A DNA stretch of 64,000 nucleotides from Auanema rhodensis (lineage: Eukaryota; Animalia; Nematoda). Below are positions 1-14,700 of this stretch, one piece after another. Location of the stretch: assembly GCA_964057225.1 (NCBI GenBank), contig OZ059900.1:9610001-9674000 (forward strand), written 5' to 3'. The position numbers were made by a program, and so were the translations under genes. A model generated the notes under the pieces. It was not told the origin of the DNA. It searched no databases and was given only the letters and a program-made list of their open reading frames with translations. The stretch's first letter is position 1; every line of letters begins with the position of its first letter.

Positions 1-3000
1 ACTATTAGCAAACATTGCATTGAAGGTTATTCTTGCCATCTCTCTTATTTCTCTCTCTCTCCCTCTTTCTCTCTCTCTCTCGTTCTCTCTATTCTCCTCT
101 TTCTTTATCTTTATCTATCTCCCTCTGTTGGTCTCTCTCAATTTCAAAGTCACTTTCATGCTCTTACCTCTCTAGCCCTTTTCCTCTTTGTGAAACAAGA
201 GAGAATGTACGAGATATACATAAAGCATACGAAAGAAGAAGAAATAGAAAGCAGATGAGAGAATGATTTTGAGCGAACGAGCATACGAAAAGAGAAATGT
301 AGGAGATGACATAGAAAAGCTATAGAGAATGAGAGAGAGAAAAGGGGAGAAATAGGAAGCTAGAGCTACGCACAAGGCGATTTGAGTCATGGCCACCGAC
401 TTCAGTTGTATGATTCTAATCTTGATCTTCCTAACGTCTTTGTGTCCGCTTCCGGGCCATTCTGGCATTTCATTTCAACGACTTCGTTGTTGCTATCATC
501 TAGTTTTTTTTCCTCGAAAAACACATCAACATACATACACGCGTGCCCCTCGCATACACCCTTTCTAAATCGCACATGTATGCGCAACGAACAGACATAT
601 GCACCAACTATCTCAAAGGAATACTATATGTAGCCCTCGACTATATGAATATTACATGTTTATATCTGTTTAATAATACTATTATATCAACATTTCTTGT
701 ATATTCGACATCTATCTGCTATTCTTAGCGTGATGAATATGCTTATATATGCGTATGTGATGCACCTAGTTCCCTAACACTCACAAATCCAGAGCATTTT
801 ATATAATGTTTGATGCGTATTCTGCTATCTAACCTACTTTTACAACATGTCAGATACTCTCTGTCGTATTTCTACTTTTCGTTATCTTGTATGCATCCAT
901 CTATCGCAAAGTTCGTAGTATTTCACTTCATCATCTCATGTTATTTATGTGTTTTATACTAGCTACAATGCTTTCTTTAAAAAAATGCCAAATACGTGTT
1001 AGAAGTCAAAATAACATCAATTTGAGTTTTGTTGTCTTCTTTTCCCCTGATAGACTAAATTGAATGTCTCAGTCATACAGCCATACAAGGATATTTTTAA
1101 GTTGAACAAATGGCTTTGTGTATATAGCAATGACCGCAATACAAGTATTTTTACATGTCCTTCCTGTATTTGTATGCACTTTTTGCATTTTATCCTTACA
1201 TTTTCTCAATTATTTCAAGAATCTTTCGACGGGTGAAAGCACATCATTTTTAATTTTTTGTTCTTTCTTATAAACTGCTTATTTTTCGATTTGGCTGTTC
1301 ACCACATTTAATCTTTGTTGATTCTGGACACGCGTTGTATTTCAATGCCAAAAAATATTTTCTCAAGCTGTAAGAATAATTGAGTTCATTTGGATGCTTC
1401 ATCCGTTAATCGGTAAAGACATCACATTTGACTGAGCCTCAAATGTGTGATGTTTAGCCAATTATATTTTTTCAGGTCATTGGAGTGCTTAAAAAGCTCC
1501 AATCAGTGTCAAGAATGTTGACGTTAAATGAGAGAAACAGATCTTCTTCCAGCGAAATGCATACTTAATCGAATTCTCAAGCACATCTAGAAGCGTAGTT
1601 TGCAATTAAACTCTTGCAATTGCCTGCTTTTAAAAATTTCTTTACTTTTAATAGATTTCGAGAGCTATAAATACAAATGAAGGTATATACTAAGTTTTAA
1701 GCTGCAGCTATCTGCCGGAAAAGATCAAAATAACGTTAGTTGGAAGTAAAAATAAAAAAATAGAAGAGCGGTGATAGTTAATTTTTAACTGCATTTTCTT
1801 AAAAGATGGCAGGACTGAATGAACGATTCGCCATGGTGTATATGAGAGTAAAGACGCCTGACTCAAATTAGGCGACGCATATATGTATATGTATATACCG
1901 AAAATGAAAAAGCGCATGCACGTGAGAGACGCAGACAGGAAATGTCACAACTTGTTGTCTACACAACATATATTTGGCAGACTGCCGAGTAACAACAAGA
2001 ACTACCAAGCACAACATTGCTGTCAAGCAGTAGCCCCAGCGTATCAAGGCCAGAGTTGAAAAGAAAGCAACATTTTTGGCTCAGCGGAGCTCTTTCCTCC
2101 ATTTTCATTTTTCTCTCTTTTCGAATTTTGTTGTCCTGAAAGAGGATGGGCAAAAATGAGGGCATGTTGTTGACTGCATACACTAGCTTGTGTTTGTCCT
2201 CAACAAAGATGGCCGTATCATTTTTTAGTTGGATAAAATGTACATTTGTCCTAAAATAAAATCATAAAAGCAAAGTAAAAGCTACCAAAACGGTTTCTTG
2301 CTTCTTACTTTTTCGTTTCAATATAATTCCACCAAAGGATTACTTGTTTTCGTCTTTTACAGCTTCATGTGCTTATAATCTTTACTCATTTTCTTAAAGA
2401 ATGCTCTGGTTGTATTTCAAAAAAAAAACATCTTCTCTTCAAAAAAAAATTATTTTGAATCACATAGTCTTCAATTCGAATTAACAATTTACAAGCTTTG
2501 CACTATTTCATGTGAATAGGTTTTTATCTTGAAAACATGTAGTACAACTTAGCTTATTAAAACGTATCTAGAAAAGTTTTCAACTAATCAATAGTTACAA
2601 CCACCTGGTATGGAAAATGAACAATTTGTTTATCTCTCAATAATGAATATATTGTTTTTACTCCCATTTCCCATTCAGAGAGAAAAAGCTTGGAGAAAAT
2701 TTGAAACGAACGGCGGCTTATTCAGTACAACAATTGGAAAAAAGGCTTTTCCTATTTTTTCTTGTTTCGTATGTCTTTTTTTTTCGTCTGTTTCTTACTT
2801 ATTTTATTTTTTTTTCTTATCCAATTTTGAAAAAGTAGGTGCTTGAGTATATCTGTCACATGGCAATTATTTGGCTTATTTTGCTATTCTCTTTTCAATT
2901 TTTTTCTGGTTCCAGAATAAGCACAACATTTTTCCTACTACCTATTAAACTGAATCAATAAACAACTAATTTTTATCAGTATTATTAATAATTTCAAATG

Positions 3001-3966
3001 ATTTCCATTGTATAAAGTACATCTATTGATTAGATATAATCATCTGTTTATCTATACCATATTGTTAAAAACAGTACATATTATGAATCATTCTCATCTA
3101 TAATTGCAAAACATCTTTTCATCTTACACAATCGCGCGCTTAGTCACATTTACTCATATTCAAAAGAATTTATATTGTATTGATATAGTTTATATTCTGT
3201 TTTGCCAAAGTAAGTGAATAGTATTGCATTTTTTTTGTTTATGTCCTTCATTTACTTTCGTTAATTTCATTTTATTATTTTCGAAGATGACTTTTCTATC
3301 TATATACTCTTTCTTCCAGTATTGCCTTTCCTTCTGTTCCATCAGTGACTCCTTCATCTTTTTCGTATTTTTTATAATCAAAAACATGCATAAAGCCTTT
3401 TCTCAATGTTCTGTATTATGTATATCCCTTCTATTAAGTCTGCTCGATGCATACATCTTCCTTCATTTTTTTTTTCACCATAAAATGTTGATATATCTAA
3501 AACATAATATAGATATACATATATATTTATATTTATATGTATATATACATATCTCTGGATATTTAGAACATAAAAGGAGCATTTATCTGACAGATATGAA
3601 ATATAACACATTGCGTAGGCATAGTCAGTATTCTATTCCCATGTGATGCTTTTTTTCATTTGATTCAGATTTATTGTATTTCATCTTCTCAATCTTGAGT
3701 CATCGATTATGCATCATATTGTTATGTGTATGTGTTTTTTTTTTGTGTTGCCTTTGTATTCTCATTTTAAACTTACGCATTTAATCTGTTTTCTTACACA
3801 TATTGTATTGTTGTCATTCATTTTGGTCTGCTCTCAACTAATGCATCTCATGTTGTATTCAAATTTATTTTTCTGTTTGTTCTTGTTGGTATTACTAATT
3901 TTTTTATTTGCAGCTTGTAGTTGGAATACGTTTGTCATCCAGGCTGACGCTTGACGTAGTTGCATA

Positions 3967-5212
3967 ATGACCGAGAGGTCGTCTGTTCGATTTTTTCCGT
4001 TTCGAAAGTATCAGGAGAACGGCTCCTCCAGCGAGCAGGTTAGTATCACAACTTTGGCGATAAAAATCAGAACCAATTTGATGACAAAGATGTTTTTAGC
4101 AATGCTATCTTAATGTTTCTTATTTTAGGTTCAACGTACAATCCAATTTGATGAAGGTTCTTCTGAATATCGATGCCTGTGCAGTTGCTTTCATGTAAAA
4201 ACGGGTGGATTCATTATTGCTACTGTCCATATAGCCATGATTATATTCTTTTTTATTCATTCACTTCTTGTTTATTTTCAACATGATGGACGTTTTCAGG
4301 AGGTAAGCAAAAGTGCTAGTATATTTGATTGATTTGCCGTTTGGCTTCCAAATTTAGAAAGAAGTGGTAATTCATATTAAGCAAACTACTTGAAATAGCA
4401 GCCACAACAATTTGAATATTCTGCGAATCTCCCTTTTTTAAACGATTTAAACTAAATTTCTATTGTGGAGCAATTTTTACTGTTGTTATCCAATGATGCA
4501 GTTTCAAGTCATTAAAATCTTTTGAAAACATCCGAAATCATGAATAAATGGCACGCAACTAAAGAAAAAACACGCATTTGCTTTGGTTTCAAAGTACATT
4601 GTTGTAAATTTTTTCCAAAATCATTTTGATAATAAATGTTTTTTTCAGGCACGTGGAGTTAAAGAAAATTATGTATTTGGATCATTTCTAGCAGAAATGA
4701 TTGGATTAGGAATTGCATCATTTGCTGTATTTCTTCTCTTAATTGGATTAACACGAAATATGTCACTACTGCTGATTCCCCATCTTATAGTTCAGGTAAT
4801 ATTCTGAACAATGTACAGCTTCAGCTAATCTTCGGTCTGATCTTTTCAGGGCATTTCCGTTGTCTGTTTTGCATTACTAGTAATCGCAGGAATTGTCGCT
4901 GTCACAACTGACTTGGCTGTATTCTATCGGCTAATTAATGCAGCACCATTTGTGGAACATCCTAGTTATAGCACCGTAGGATTAGACGGTGGTAAGTCAC
5001 ATATGCATACAATTTCGAACATGTTCACAATGCTTTCAGGCACTATGCTACGTATCTATTTTCTTCTAACTATTTACGGATTATCATTTTTCTTTGAGAT
5101 TTGGTTTATATCCATTATATACAGCTGTGTCAAGTATCTGGATGAGCGTTCCACCTACATGAAGTATTGCTTAGCATTCTCGACGCCCATGAAGCGTTTG
5201 TCAGAGCGTTAG
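3967..5212 (+). CDS. 5-exon gene for a 4-TM membrane protein, nematode LAPTM-like family (FDE..EYRCLCSCFHVKTG N-terminal motif)
   Basis: Exons 3967-4038, 4129-4302, 4649-4795, 4850-4991, 5040-5212 join in frame across GT-AG introns. Protein MTERSSVRFFPF...RCLCSCFHVKTGGFIIATVHI...WFISIIYSCVKYLDER...SER* has four hydrophobic segments. Family recognised from the CxCxxHVxTG motif only. Confidence 0.85.
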
Positions 5213-5348
5213 ATCTCGGTAAATGGCTTTGTAAACGGATAATTCTCCCTAATTGCTGTATAATTTATTTAATTAACCGAAGAGACTTCTCATTTTCCAC
5301 GATCTCTATATGTGATTCTTTTTCGCTATATAATGCATTAGGCGTAAA

Positions 5349-5353
<5 letters not shown>

Positions 5354-5381
<28 letters not shown>
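5354..5381. repeat. (TA)n microsatellite
   Basis: About 14 TA units, seen directly. Confidence 0.9.
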
Positions 5382-5383
<2 letters not shown>

Positions 5384-6088
5384 CGATATATATACATTTT
5401 TTAACATTGAACTACTATACTATATATATACAATTTTGGAGAAGTATATTGCTGAAAGCTTGTGTCATGAAGCTTTTCATTTCGAAGATGTAAATATCTC
5501 AAATATGTTGTAATTTATAATTTTTTTGTTGCAAAAAAATTTGTCAACGGTCTTCCAAGAAAAAAAAGCTTAGATATAATCATATTCGAATTCGACCTGT
5601 CATGAAATAATAGTTAAAAATTATATTTGATCTGTATTTAATAACAAGAATATATGTATATAGATGATGTATTCATGTTATAACTTCTTCTTTACGATTG
5701 TAATTTAAACAAAAACTATTTTTTTCTATTATGATTATGATTATTAATATTTAATTTTATAATTATTATATTTTTTTCCAATTTTTATTAATTATGTACA
5801 TGCCAAAACTAATTGTTAATTAATAGTATGAAATTCAAAATAACCTGTAGAAAAGAATGTTTCAAAGATAAATGAAAAACGATGATTAAATAGTTAGTTA
5901 GTTTAATACGTTTTATTGATTATTATAAATTAAAATAAAAAATTAAATTATATCCTTCATGGATTATTGCATGACACGTTGGAATAAAGCTGAGTACAAG
6001 GTTGATTGGGGAGTAAAATAACTTTTTTTTAGTTTTTTAAATTGTTTCTCGAGTAATATACACACAGGAAGTTGTCAGACACTACATC

Positions 6089-8790
6089 TTAGTGACCATC
6101 AAGATACCATGGACGCCATTTAGTAAAATGCTCCTCTTTTCTATGCAGATCATGCGGCATTTCATTTTCTATAATTGACAGTTATGAAAGATTTCTAAGT
6201 ATTACGCTCACGTTTAGAGTTATCTTGATTAGTATTTGTTGTTAAAGGCAAATAATTTTTCATATTTGGTTCAGTTTTTGAATTCAATGCTTGATGAGCG
6301 TATAAGGGAACGCGAGTTGTTGAAATGAAGGGTGTTGGTGTTGTAGCTACGCTCTGAGCAACAGGAACTTGGGTCCGAACTACCGGTGTAGTTGAAGCTA
6401 AATTCTGCAGAAACGAATCAGGGTCAAAAGCATTTTTTAAATCCCAATTGATATTTAATTTGTCTTCATTTGACTTGATCATATTCACAAACTGAGGATG
6501 AATATTTGACTGCAAAATCCCTTGAATCAAATTGTAGACCTTGAAGTAAGAAAGTTGTTTTAGAAGAAAAAAAGATATTCAGCTTACTCGATAAGTTTTT
6601 GTTGTTTTTGTTGTTTCCGTGTTTTTATTTAATTGGCTTTCAAATGTCCCCAAATTTTCATCAATGAAATTGTGAAATTCCTGAGACAAAGAAAGTTTTC
6701 CTAAATTTAAATGTTCGCAGAAAAATGCTTGACTAATAATTTCATACGGGCAGGCATGTGTGCGTATTGTTGAGGCGCAATGTTTTCAGGGCTGCTTGCA
6801 ACTGCTTGATGAGTGATAGGCTTGGTTACTTTTGAATATATTTTTGTTGTAGACTTTGGTGTCGTTAGCTATAAAGAATTAACATTATATATTAATTGCT
6901 ATTGTGCTGGCTGAATGAGTTCATAACATCAGCATGGTGTAAAATAAAAGAACAGCATACTTGAATAGTTTGGCGGTTTAGAGGCTCTTTCACAGTGTTC
7001 ACGTTCGTTTTATTTGAGTCAGACGGGGCTAGATCATCTAATATATTTATAATTGCAAACAACTTTCTTATTATTTTTTATTTTTTTAAAGTCATGAATA
7101 TTGTTTAATTTCATATTTATATCCAAACTTTAACTTTTGTTCTTAACCTGTTGATTCATTTTTCACTTACTTCGCATGTTTTCTTGACAGATGATTGGGA
7201 ACATTGGATCAAAGACAGATTTCTGAATATCTGTGTAGAATCCCGTTGCTTCACTTCCGCAGTTTTCTGAAAATTATTTGAATTCAATTATGAAATATAT
7301 TGAGTCAAAGTTTTAATACAACATTAAGTACTATCAAAATCTTTTAAAAAAGAAAAACTTGCAAAACGCTTTTGCTGCTTTTGGACATTTTTCCAACTTT
7401 TCGGCAACAAAAAGAAATAGAAAAAATGAAAAAGTACAGCAATATTTGTAACATAATTCTAGAAAATAAACTGCGCTGGCTATATTTTATTCATAATATT
7501 TCATTTTTTATTTTGCAAAATCAGACTTAAAATTCAACTTACTCTCAATTTCATTGAGAGTGCAAACATTCTGCTCCGATGCCCAGCTATTAACCATACA
7601 TACTATATCAGTTGTGCCATTCAGTGCACAGCTATCCCTGAATATGAAATCAAATGTAAGTTATTTAGCTAAATTCTATTTCTTTTCTATATTCTAAACA
7701 CGTATTTCATCCTAGATCAGATGTTATTTATTTATTTTACAACGTACTTGCATTTCTGCACATCCCGTCCATGTAACGTACTGCTTAAGTTGCACTTAGC
7801 TTGAGCCTGTTCTTGATTAAGAACTGATGAAATACATTGCCGATGTGACATAAACAGCCTGAAAACAAACATAGAATAAGAAAATTCTTAAATTTCATCC
7901 CTATTATTTTATTTTGAGCGGATAAGTTTTAACACAAAGGGCCTGCTTTTAATATTTTTTCTGGCATTCATTTGAGATTACTTCGTACTTATTCGTACCT
8001 AGACTTCGACATGTTTCTTTATATATGTAGTTTCGTTTTTTTTTGTTGAATTATTTGTATTTCAATAGAACCTTACTTAATATATATTGCATATGAGTTT
8101 TGGACAGCGTTCACTTCCCCTTGGAATCCTAAGTTGTCTGTTGTTTGGCGGAATCAGTCGCGTGAAAGAAAAAATCTTTTGAGCAAATACGAGAAAGCGA
8201 TATACTTTGAAGAAAAATTGAAAATACTCGAGAAAATATTTGACTCAATTTTGTAAAAGTCAAACTACATAATATCAATAATTTGATTAATAATAGTAAT
8301 TCTCACATGTGTGTTTTTTTTGTGTTTAAAAATGCGGGAGAAAATGAGATAAACTTTACATACTTTTGTCTCTGCAAGCTGAACGGGCTGCATAAGTACA
8401 TAATGACACTGCCAACTTCTTTCATAATACGTTTCTGTTTGGTGTTACCGCATTTATCAATTTTTTCCCGAAAGCATGGCAATACATCACTGTATACTCT
8501 GAAACAGTTTTGTGTACTTGAGTCGGAAACATTGCTAATACCTGCATGTGTGTAATAACTTTGCTTCCGTTTCTAAATCGAATACAAGCTTCATAATATT
8601 TCTGCCAAATGGAGCTCCTTGTGCTTTCAGTCGAATAACACAGGTAAGAAATTCGCTGTCAGAACATGTAGACATACAAGCTGCTACTGAAAGTAAAAAA
8701 AGTTTTTTTTTGCAAAATATTATAAGTGAATAAAATTTTAAGTAAGTAAAACTTACCGAAACTCAGAAAAACAATCGTTCGAAATAGCAT
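6089..8790 (-). CDS. 11-exon gene for a secreted protein: signal peptide, Cys-rich helical domain (DUF19/CPG4-like), Thr/Pro-rich C-terminus
   Basis: ATG at 8790 (MLFRTIVFLSF|VAACMSTCSDSEFLTCVIRL...). Exons near 8757-8790, 8541-8687, 8363-8496, 7748-7857, 7543-7637, 7170-7266, 6961-7037, 6748-6868, 6588-6700, 6211-6539, 6089-6168 keep phase; ends ...KWRPWYLDGH*. Domain name is inferred from Cys spacing. Confidence 0.8.
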
Positions 8791-11700
8791 TGTCCGTAGT
8801 TTATCTTATAGATTCTACCAACCGATTAAAACAAAAAGTGTAGAAAAACGGACTATAATGATGCGAACAGTTCAGCTGACTGTCACAAACTAAACTCCTG
8901 TACGTGATGCTGATCAACGTAAGAACGATTTGAATGTGCTTAGCAGATGGTGGCGTTAGCCCAATTTGAGAAAAATGAGAGAAAGATAGATGAAGAGAGT
9001 GCTAGGTGAAGTAAAACAGATAGCAAACCAAGATATACAGAAAAGGATACGATTGTGGCTTCGTGTGGACTATACAGAGTAGTAGTGCAAGCAAACTCCT
9101 TAATAGGCTATAAACAAACAAATGTTGTGTTTTATACTCTACTTTCGCCAAGTCCATAGAATAGTCGAAGAGAAAGAAGGTTAATCGTTTTCTCTGTTTT
9201 ACTGTTGACGAACCGATATTTCTCTCTGATACTCAGATCTACTATATTGACAATACTGAAGAGGCATTGTGTTAATATCTCTCAGTCATTCAAATACTTT
9301 TTCTATCTTCCCTTTTGTTTTGTCTGCACATTGCATATCATCTTCTTTCTTTGTACCATTCAAGTGCCAAAATTTGCATTTCATCACAATTTCTTGGAAA
9401 ATATTTATATTCATAATTTATTATAAGTATAAATTACAAGTTAAAATATAACACAGCATAACTACAATATGAGAAAAATAACTTATGTGTACCGCCATCA
9501 AAAAAAAAACAAATTCTGCAAATTGTCAAAATAAATCCATATACAAAGAATGGGAAATATTTGAAAAACATGCAAACTTATATTATGTTTCAAATCATAG
9601 GTATATAAAAATATTTGAATGAAGCCAATTCACTTTTGGAATTGGAGCACAGTGACCTAACACTTGAAATACTTATTTTAGCGCCAAAAATATAACAACA
9701 AATCGCATTATTATTATATTATTCTTTTATTTATCCTAATTATATCGTTTAAAAATTTGATATTTATTATAATTTCATCTTGAATTTTTGTTTGAAGTGC
9801 TAGGTTTTGTGCAACAAATTCTGCGATTTACTCACATACTCATAAAAGAATGTTTTTATTCTAAACAATAGATTGACCTAACTTAGTGGTTGTAGAGTCT
9901 TTTTAATGTATTTTGTTACATTATATTGCGTACAAATAGATTGTTTAGCACAGATCGCAGGTGCTACCATCATATTAAAATGTATAAATTATATGTTTTT
10001 CTGATGCTCAAAAAGTAATTTTATTGCTAATTCATGCGATAGAGCCATTATAAACAAGTTTAGTGCGTATGGCAGCTCACAGTTTCGTAGCCAACAATCT
10101 AGCTATAGGATTGAGCAAAGCAATCTATGTTAATTCACATGGACAAGTCTAGCGATGAATCGTGATTGTAGTCTAAAATTCAGTAGAACATTAATATTCT
10201 TAGCCAAGTGACTAGTTATTGTTAAATAATGGATTCTGGATAGGACGGAAGTGAGCTAAAAGAGAAAAAGTCAGCCACTCTTTCAACTTCCCGATATGTT
10301 ATGCTAAGGAAGAAATTTCTGATGCCCCATGAAAGCTCATTTGGATTTTTTTTTACCAGTTCCTATGCCTTTTCCAGCTTTTTTCATTTCCTTCAGCTCT
10401 TAAATTATATATGATTTTTGTAAAAAAAATTGATTTAAAATACGCGTTTTTATGTATTAGCATCGACTTCCATAGTGATCTAGATAAAGTTATGAAAAAT
10501 TCATGTTCAGTTTGATTCATATTTTCTATTTTGAGAAGTATTCGCTAACCCTTTGTTCTCATCTCTCTCACTCTCTCGATCCGGAAATTACTGCATTTTT
10601 CACGGAAATCTGATATTATTGCTTTAGCTCATGAAACGGTTTATTTCACGTTATGAGCACGAAGCAAAAAAAAAAGTATAATATCAAATTTTTATTTCTC
10701 GTTTTGCTAATCTTCGTGCTTTGACAGTGGCTCATTAAGCGCTCCGCATGTATTAAAACTGATTGTCTTCCTTGAAATCTCATATTTTATTCGTGACATT
10801 TGTAACACTTGATCATGATTGAGCGGATTTGTACAAGATGCTCAAAGGGAAAGTAATTGTGTAAACTCAATTCGTCTAATTATATAATTGCCATCTATCG
10901 GGCAACAAACTTGAGTATCGCATACAGCATTTTATGCAAAAAAATCCGTGTAACTCCTACTCCTGAGCTCTATAATATTTTTTCTCAGTAGTTCATATTA
11001 GCTTTGCAGTCATTGTTCATATTTTTTTTTCCAGGGAAAAAAAACTTTCGCTATTTTTGCTCCCAAACAATATGTGATAAATAAACAATTTCCAAAAATG
11101 AAATTGTAGCTAAAATGACTGTTTTCCATGTGTCAGAGAACATCAACCGCAAGAATTTTTTTTTGTTGACTTTTTTTGCTCTTTTTTTCTGTAAACTTTT
11201 CTGCTTTTACTGTTTTTTTTTGATATACTAAACGTGTTCTTTAAAACATTATGACGTTATGTTATGGGCTTAGTGACGAATACTTCCTGAATTATTTCCA
11301 GTACATTCCAATATTCTGTTACAATGAACACAATATTTAGAAAACAAATTTTTTATTTTTTCTTCGATGTTTTGTTGTGATTTTCTGAAAAAAATTGTAG
11401 CTTCATATCTGGTACTTCAATTCATTTTGCTTTCGCTCTAATTATATCATGAGAAATTCATTAATAATCAAAGTTCTTTTATAATGAGTTAGTTCGAACA
11501 ATAGTTCAACGTTATGCAGTTTGAGCATTTGTGGATAAGGATGCTTGTCTTAAACAATTAAGTGACAAACAGACATGTTCGGAATGAAGTGAAACATCTT
11601 CAGACCACTTTCCATTTTGTTTTCTGGCCATTCACCGAAATTCCCCTCGTTTTGTGCCTTCTTTACCCTACCTCTCATTCCAGCAATCCCAGCGTATTCC

Positions 11701-14700
11701 CCCATGTCTCTCCCTCGCATTTTCTGCCTTTTCTCTTCCATTCAATCTCTCAATCTCTTTTTCCTTTTTCTCTCCTTTTTCATCACTGTCTGCCATAATT
11801 CTCTCTTCGAATACTGGCCATTTCTTTATTCTCTTCTCTACTTTTTCTCTATGTGTTGAGTACCAAATGTGAAGCTTAGATATGGTCTCTACTCCTTTGT
11901 CTTTGTTCATTCCGTTCAGTGCTACATTGTGATTTTTCATCTGATTCTTAAAATTTTCTTCTTTTATTCTTTTTATTGGAATTGAAGATACTTACCAATC
12001 GTCACTTATCGTCTTTGTTTGCTCCACATAACTGATTACTTAAATGCCTTTCTTCTGTCTCATTCATGAATTTACACCATCTGACCAGAAATCATTGCCG
12101 TAAGCTGAGTAAAAAAAGCTAATAGGACACAAATTCTAGCTGAATATGTTTAACCATATGCGCCTGTATCAAATATCCAGCTTTTTGTCTCTTATCTCAA
12201 ACGTGTCCTGCAAGCAACCGACTGAAGATTGCTTTTTCTCTTTTTACCAGACAATCTACAACTCTACTCTGACATTTGTAGAAAAAGACCCTTCCCGTGC
12301 ATTATAAGTTCTAAATAGTTCAATCAGATTTTTCATAAACAACATATAGAGTTTTTTATTATTTAATTCAATTTTCCCAGGATTATAACGACTTGGAAGT
12401 GCTTGTCCTTTTTTGCATTTGTGAGAAAAATTTTATTCTATCCTGAAAAAACTCTAAGCTATGCTAATAGTGTTAAAAAGTTTGTTTTTCTCATCAAATG
12501 CGCTAAATTGCTAAGAATTGTATTTTTTTCTTTCAAATACTCTCCAGATACCTATCACCATAAGCTGTTATTCACTTTTCATAGAAGCACATCTTTATTT
12601 TCTTGAAATCATTCTCTAAATCGTCAATTTCGTCGTAGTTTTTTTGTGAGAAATGAAACTGTTATCCTCATTGCTAGCAATGCTTTTGCGAATTTCTGAA
12701 ATCTTTAGTTTTTCTTCTGTTGATATTGAATATAACATTTCGGAAAAAAGGTTAAAAGAAGTAATGCGATAACTTTGGTTAAACTAAACCTTTGCTTATC
12801 TTATTTAACGATCCTCTTCAAAAATTCTGCTTTACCAGAGATTGTTTTGTTAAAATTTTTCAAATATTGTAGTAATCCGTATCTTTGAAATGATTTTACA
12901 ATTCTTACTGTGGCTCAATGATATATGTTTCGTACTCTGGTCTTTAAAAACTGAAATTTGAAACAAATTGAAGATTATTTCAATTGTTATACCTATCCTT
13001 GACTAGCAATCGAATTCATTCTCTAATGTCTACTTCTCTTTGTCAACGTCCTCTTACGAATTTATTATTTTTCTTTCTTTTACATATGTGGCACTATACA
13101 TGAAAGGCTGTTACTCTTCTTTCTGCTCGAACTTTCGCAATTCTCTCACCCATTCGCTCTCAAATTCGAAGCAGCGTTGGAATAAAGCAAAATTGTTTAA
13201 GGATTCTCCTATTGTTTTGCTGACCAAACTCCAGCATCATATGAACTTACATATGTCGATGTAGTTTACTAGATTTATGCGTTTTCCTTCCTCTTTTCTC
13301 ACGTTCAATCCCTCACTTGTCCAACATTCTATATAAAGAATTAAATAAAAGAGAATAGACTTGTTAAGCATCTTGCTCAGTGGTCTTCCAAGACAAAAAG
13401 TTTAGCATTTCGAATTGGAAGCCATCATCCCCAAACTAAATCTGTTTATTTCAACACCTCCGCTATTCCACATACCAATGCTTTATCTCTGCGTTATTTC
13501 AATCCGACCAATATTGCTCTCTTCGTTTTTCTCAGTCTTCTTTGCAACTGCTCATTCAATTTCAGTTTCCGCCTTTCCAAAACTTACCACTGTTATCCGA
13601 TTGCATCATCATTTTCATGATTAGTGTCAATATTTCCAGTTAATATATACTATATGTTCTTGCCGCCTACATATGATTTTAAGCAGCATCCTAGTTTACT
13701 GAATCTGATTATATTTCAGCCATAATGCACATTTTTATTTTCATTAGAGCTTTTTTGTGTTTCTTTCCACTGAACTTGCATCATCTTCTTTTTTTCTGCT
13801 ATTTCTTTTGTTCTTTTATTTTGGATTCATTTACGGATTTTCCCACATCTTATACCAAACATTCTCAACTGTTTCTAATAACAAAAAAGGAAAGAAGAGG
13901 ATATTTTTCGTTTGCATAACCCCCTTCTTCAGATTACCTAAGATTTTTCCTTTTATCTGCTTTTGTTATTATAGACGTCATAGTCGTGCTAACAATAGGG
14001 TATAAGAAATAAACAGGTTGAAGTGTAAAAAAATGCAAAAAAAAAGAAAAAAAAGAAAAGAAGAGTTTCTTATGCGGTTGGCAACTAGCAACTAACCTTT
14101 AAGTGTGCCTAAAGCAAGCTTTGGCCTATCGCTTCAATTGAATTTGTCTTAACATTTCTCTTAATCAGTATGTTGAACTTGTATTTCATGAGGAATACAC
14201 ATTTTCAAACAAAATTCCGCGTTGTAACTTTAATTAGAGGAAGAAAGATTGGATTTAATTATAAAGTGTTATATCTTATATTGAAGCTAATGTTGCAAAC
14301 ATAGAAATTTGCGTGATTCATCTGGTTAATGCCTATTGTCACTAGTTTGTATTTCTGTCTTTGTAACAATCAATTTACTCATAATTTTCTTTAATTATTA
14401 TGCTAATTAGAATGCATAATTAGTTGTATATATATAAATATATAAGATTGTTAAAATGTCTATACTATTTCATCTGTCATCATCATTCTTAGTTCTCAGC
14501 TTCTTTCATGCTCATCAGCCGGTTAGCTCTTTCATATATGGCTTAGCATATAGCTCCCATCATAATTTCCGCGTCATAAGGACCAATCATCATTCAGAGC
14601 ATGTGAATTTACTTTAATTTTAATCCTAATCAATTACTATTGAATTTATGAAATTCTTTATCTATGTCAGATTTTTCGTAGCAGTCTGTACCTCACTCAC

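Noticed and set aside
33-470. ORFs over CT-rich then GA-rich tracts; possible inverted repeat
   Set aside because: Low-complexity microsatellite-like DNA giving S/L-rich translations; the complementarity is only compositional.
3190-3954. Several 65-140 aa F/I/L-rich ORFs
   Set aside because: AT-rich intergenic or 5' intron DNA, with non-ATG starts and no splice-consistent model.
11550-11940. Five overlapping ORFs on both strands
   Set aside because: Pyrimidine/purine-skewed tract lacking stops by composition; more likely promoter or UTR.
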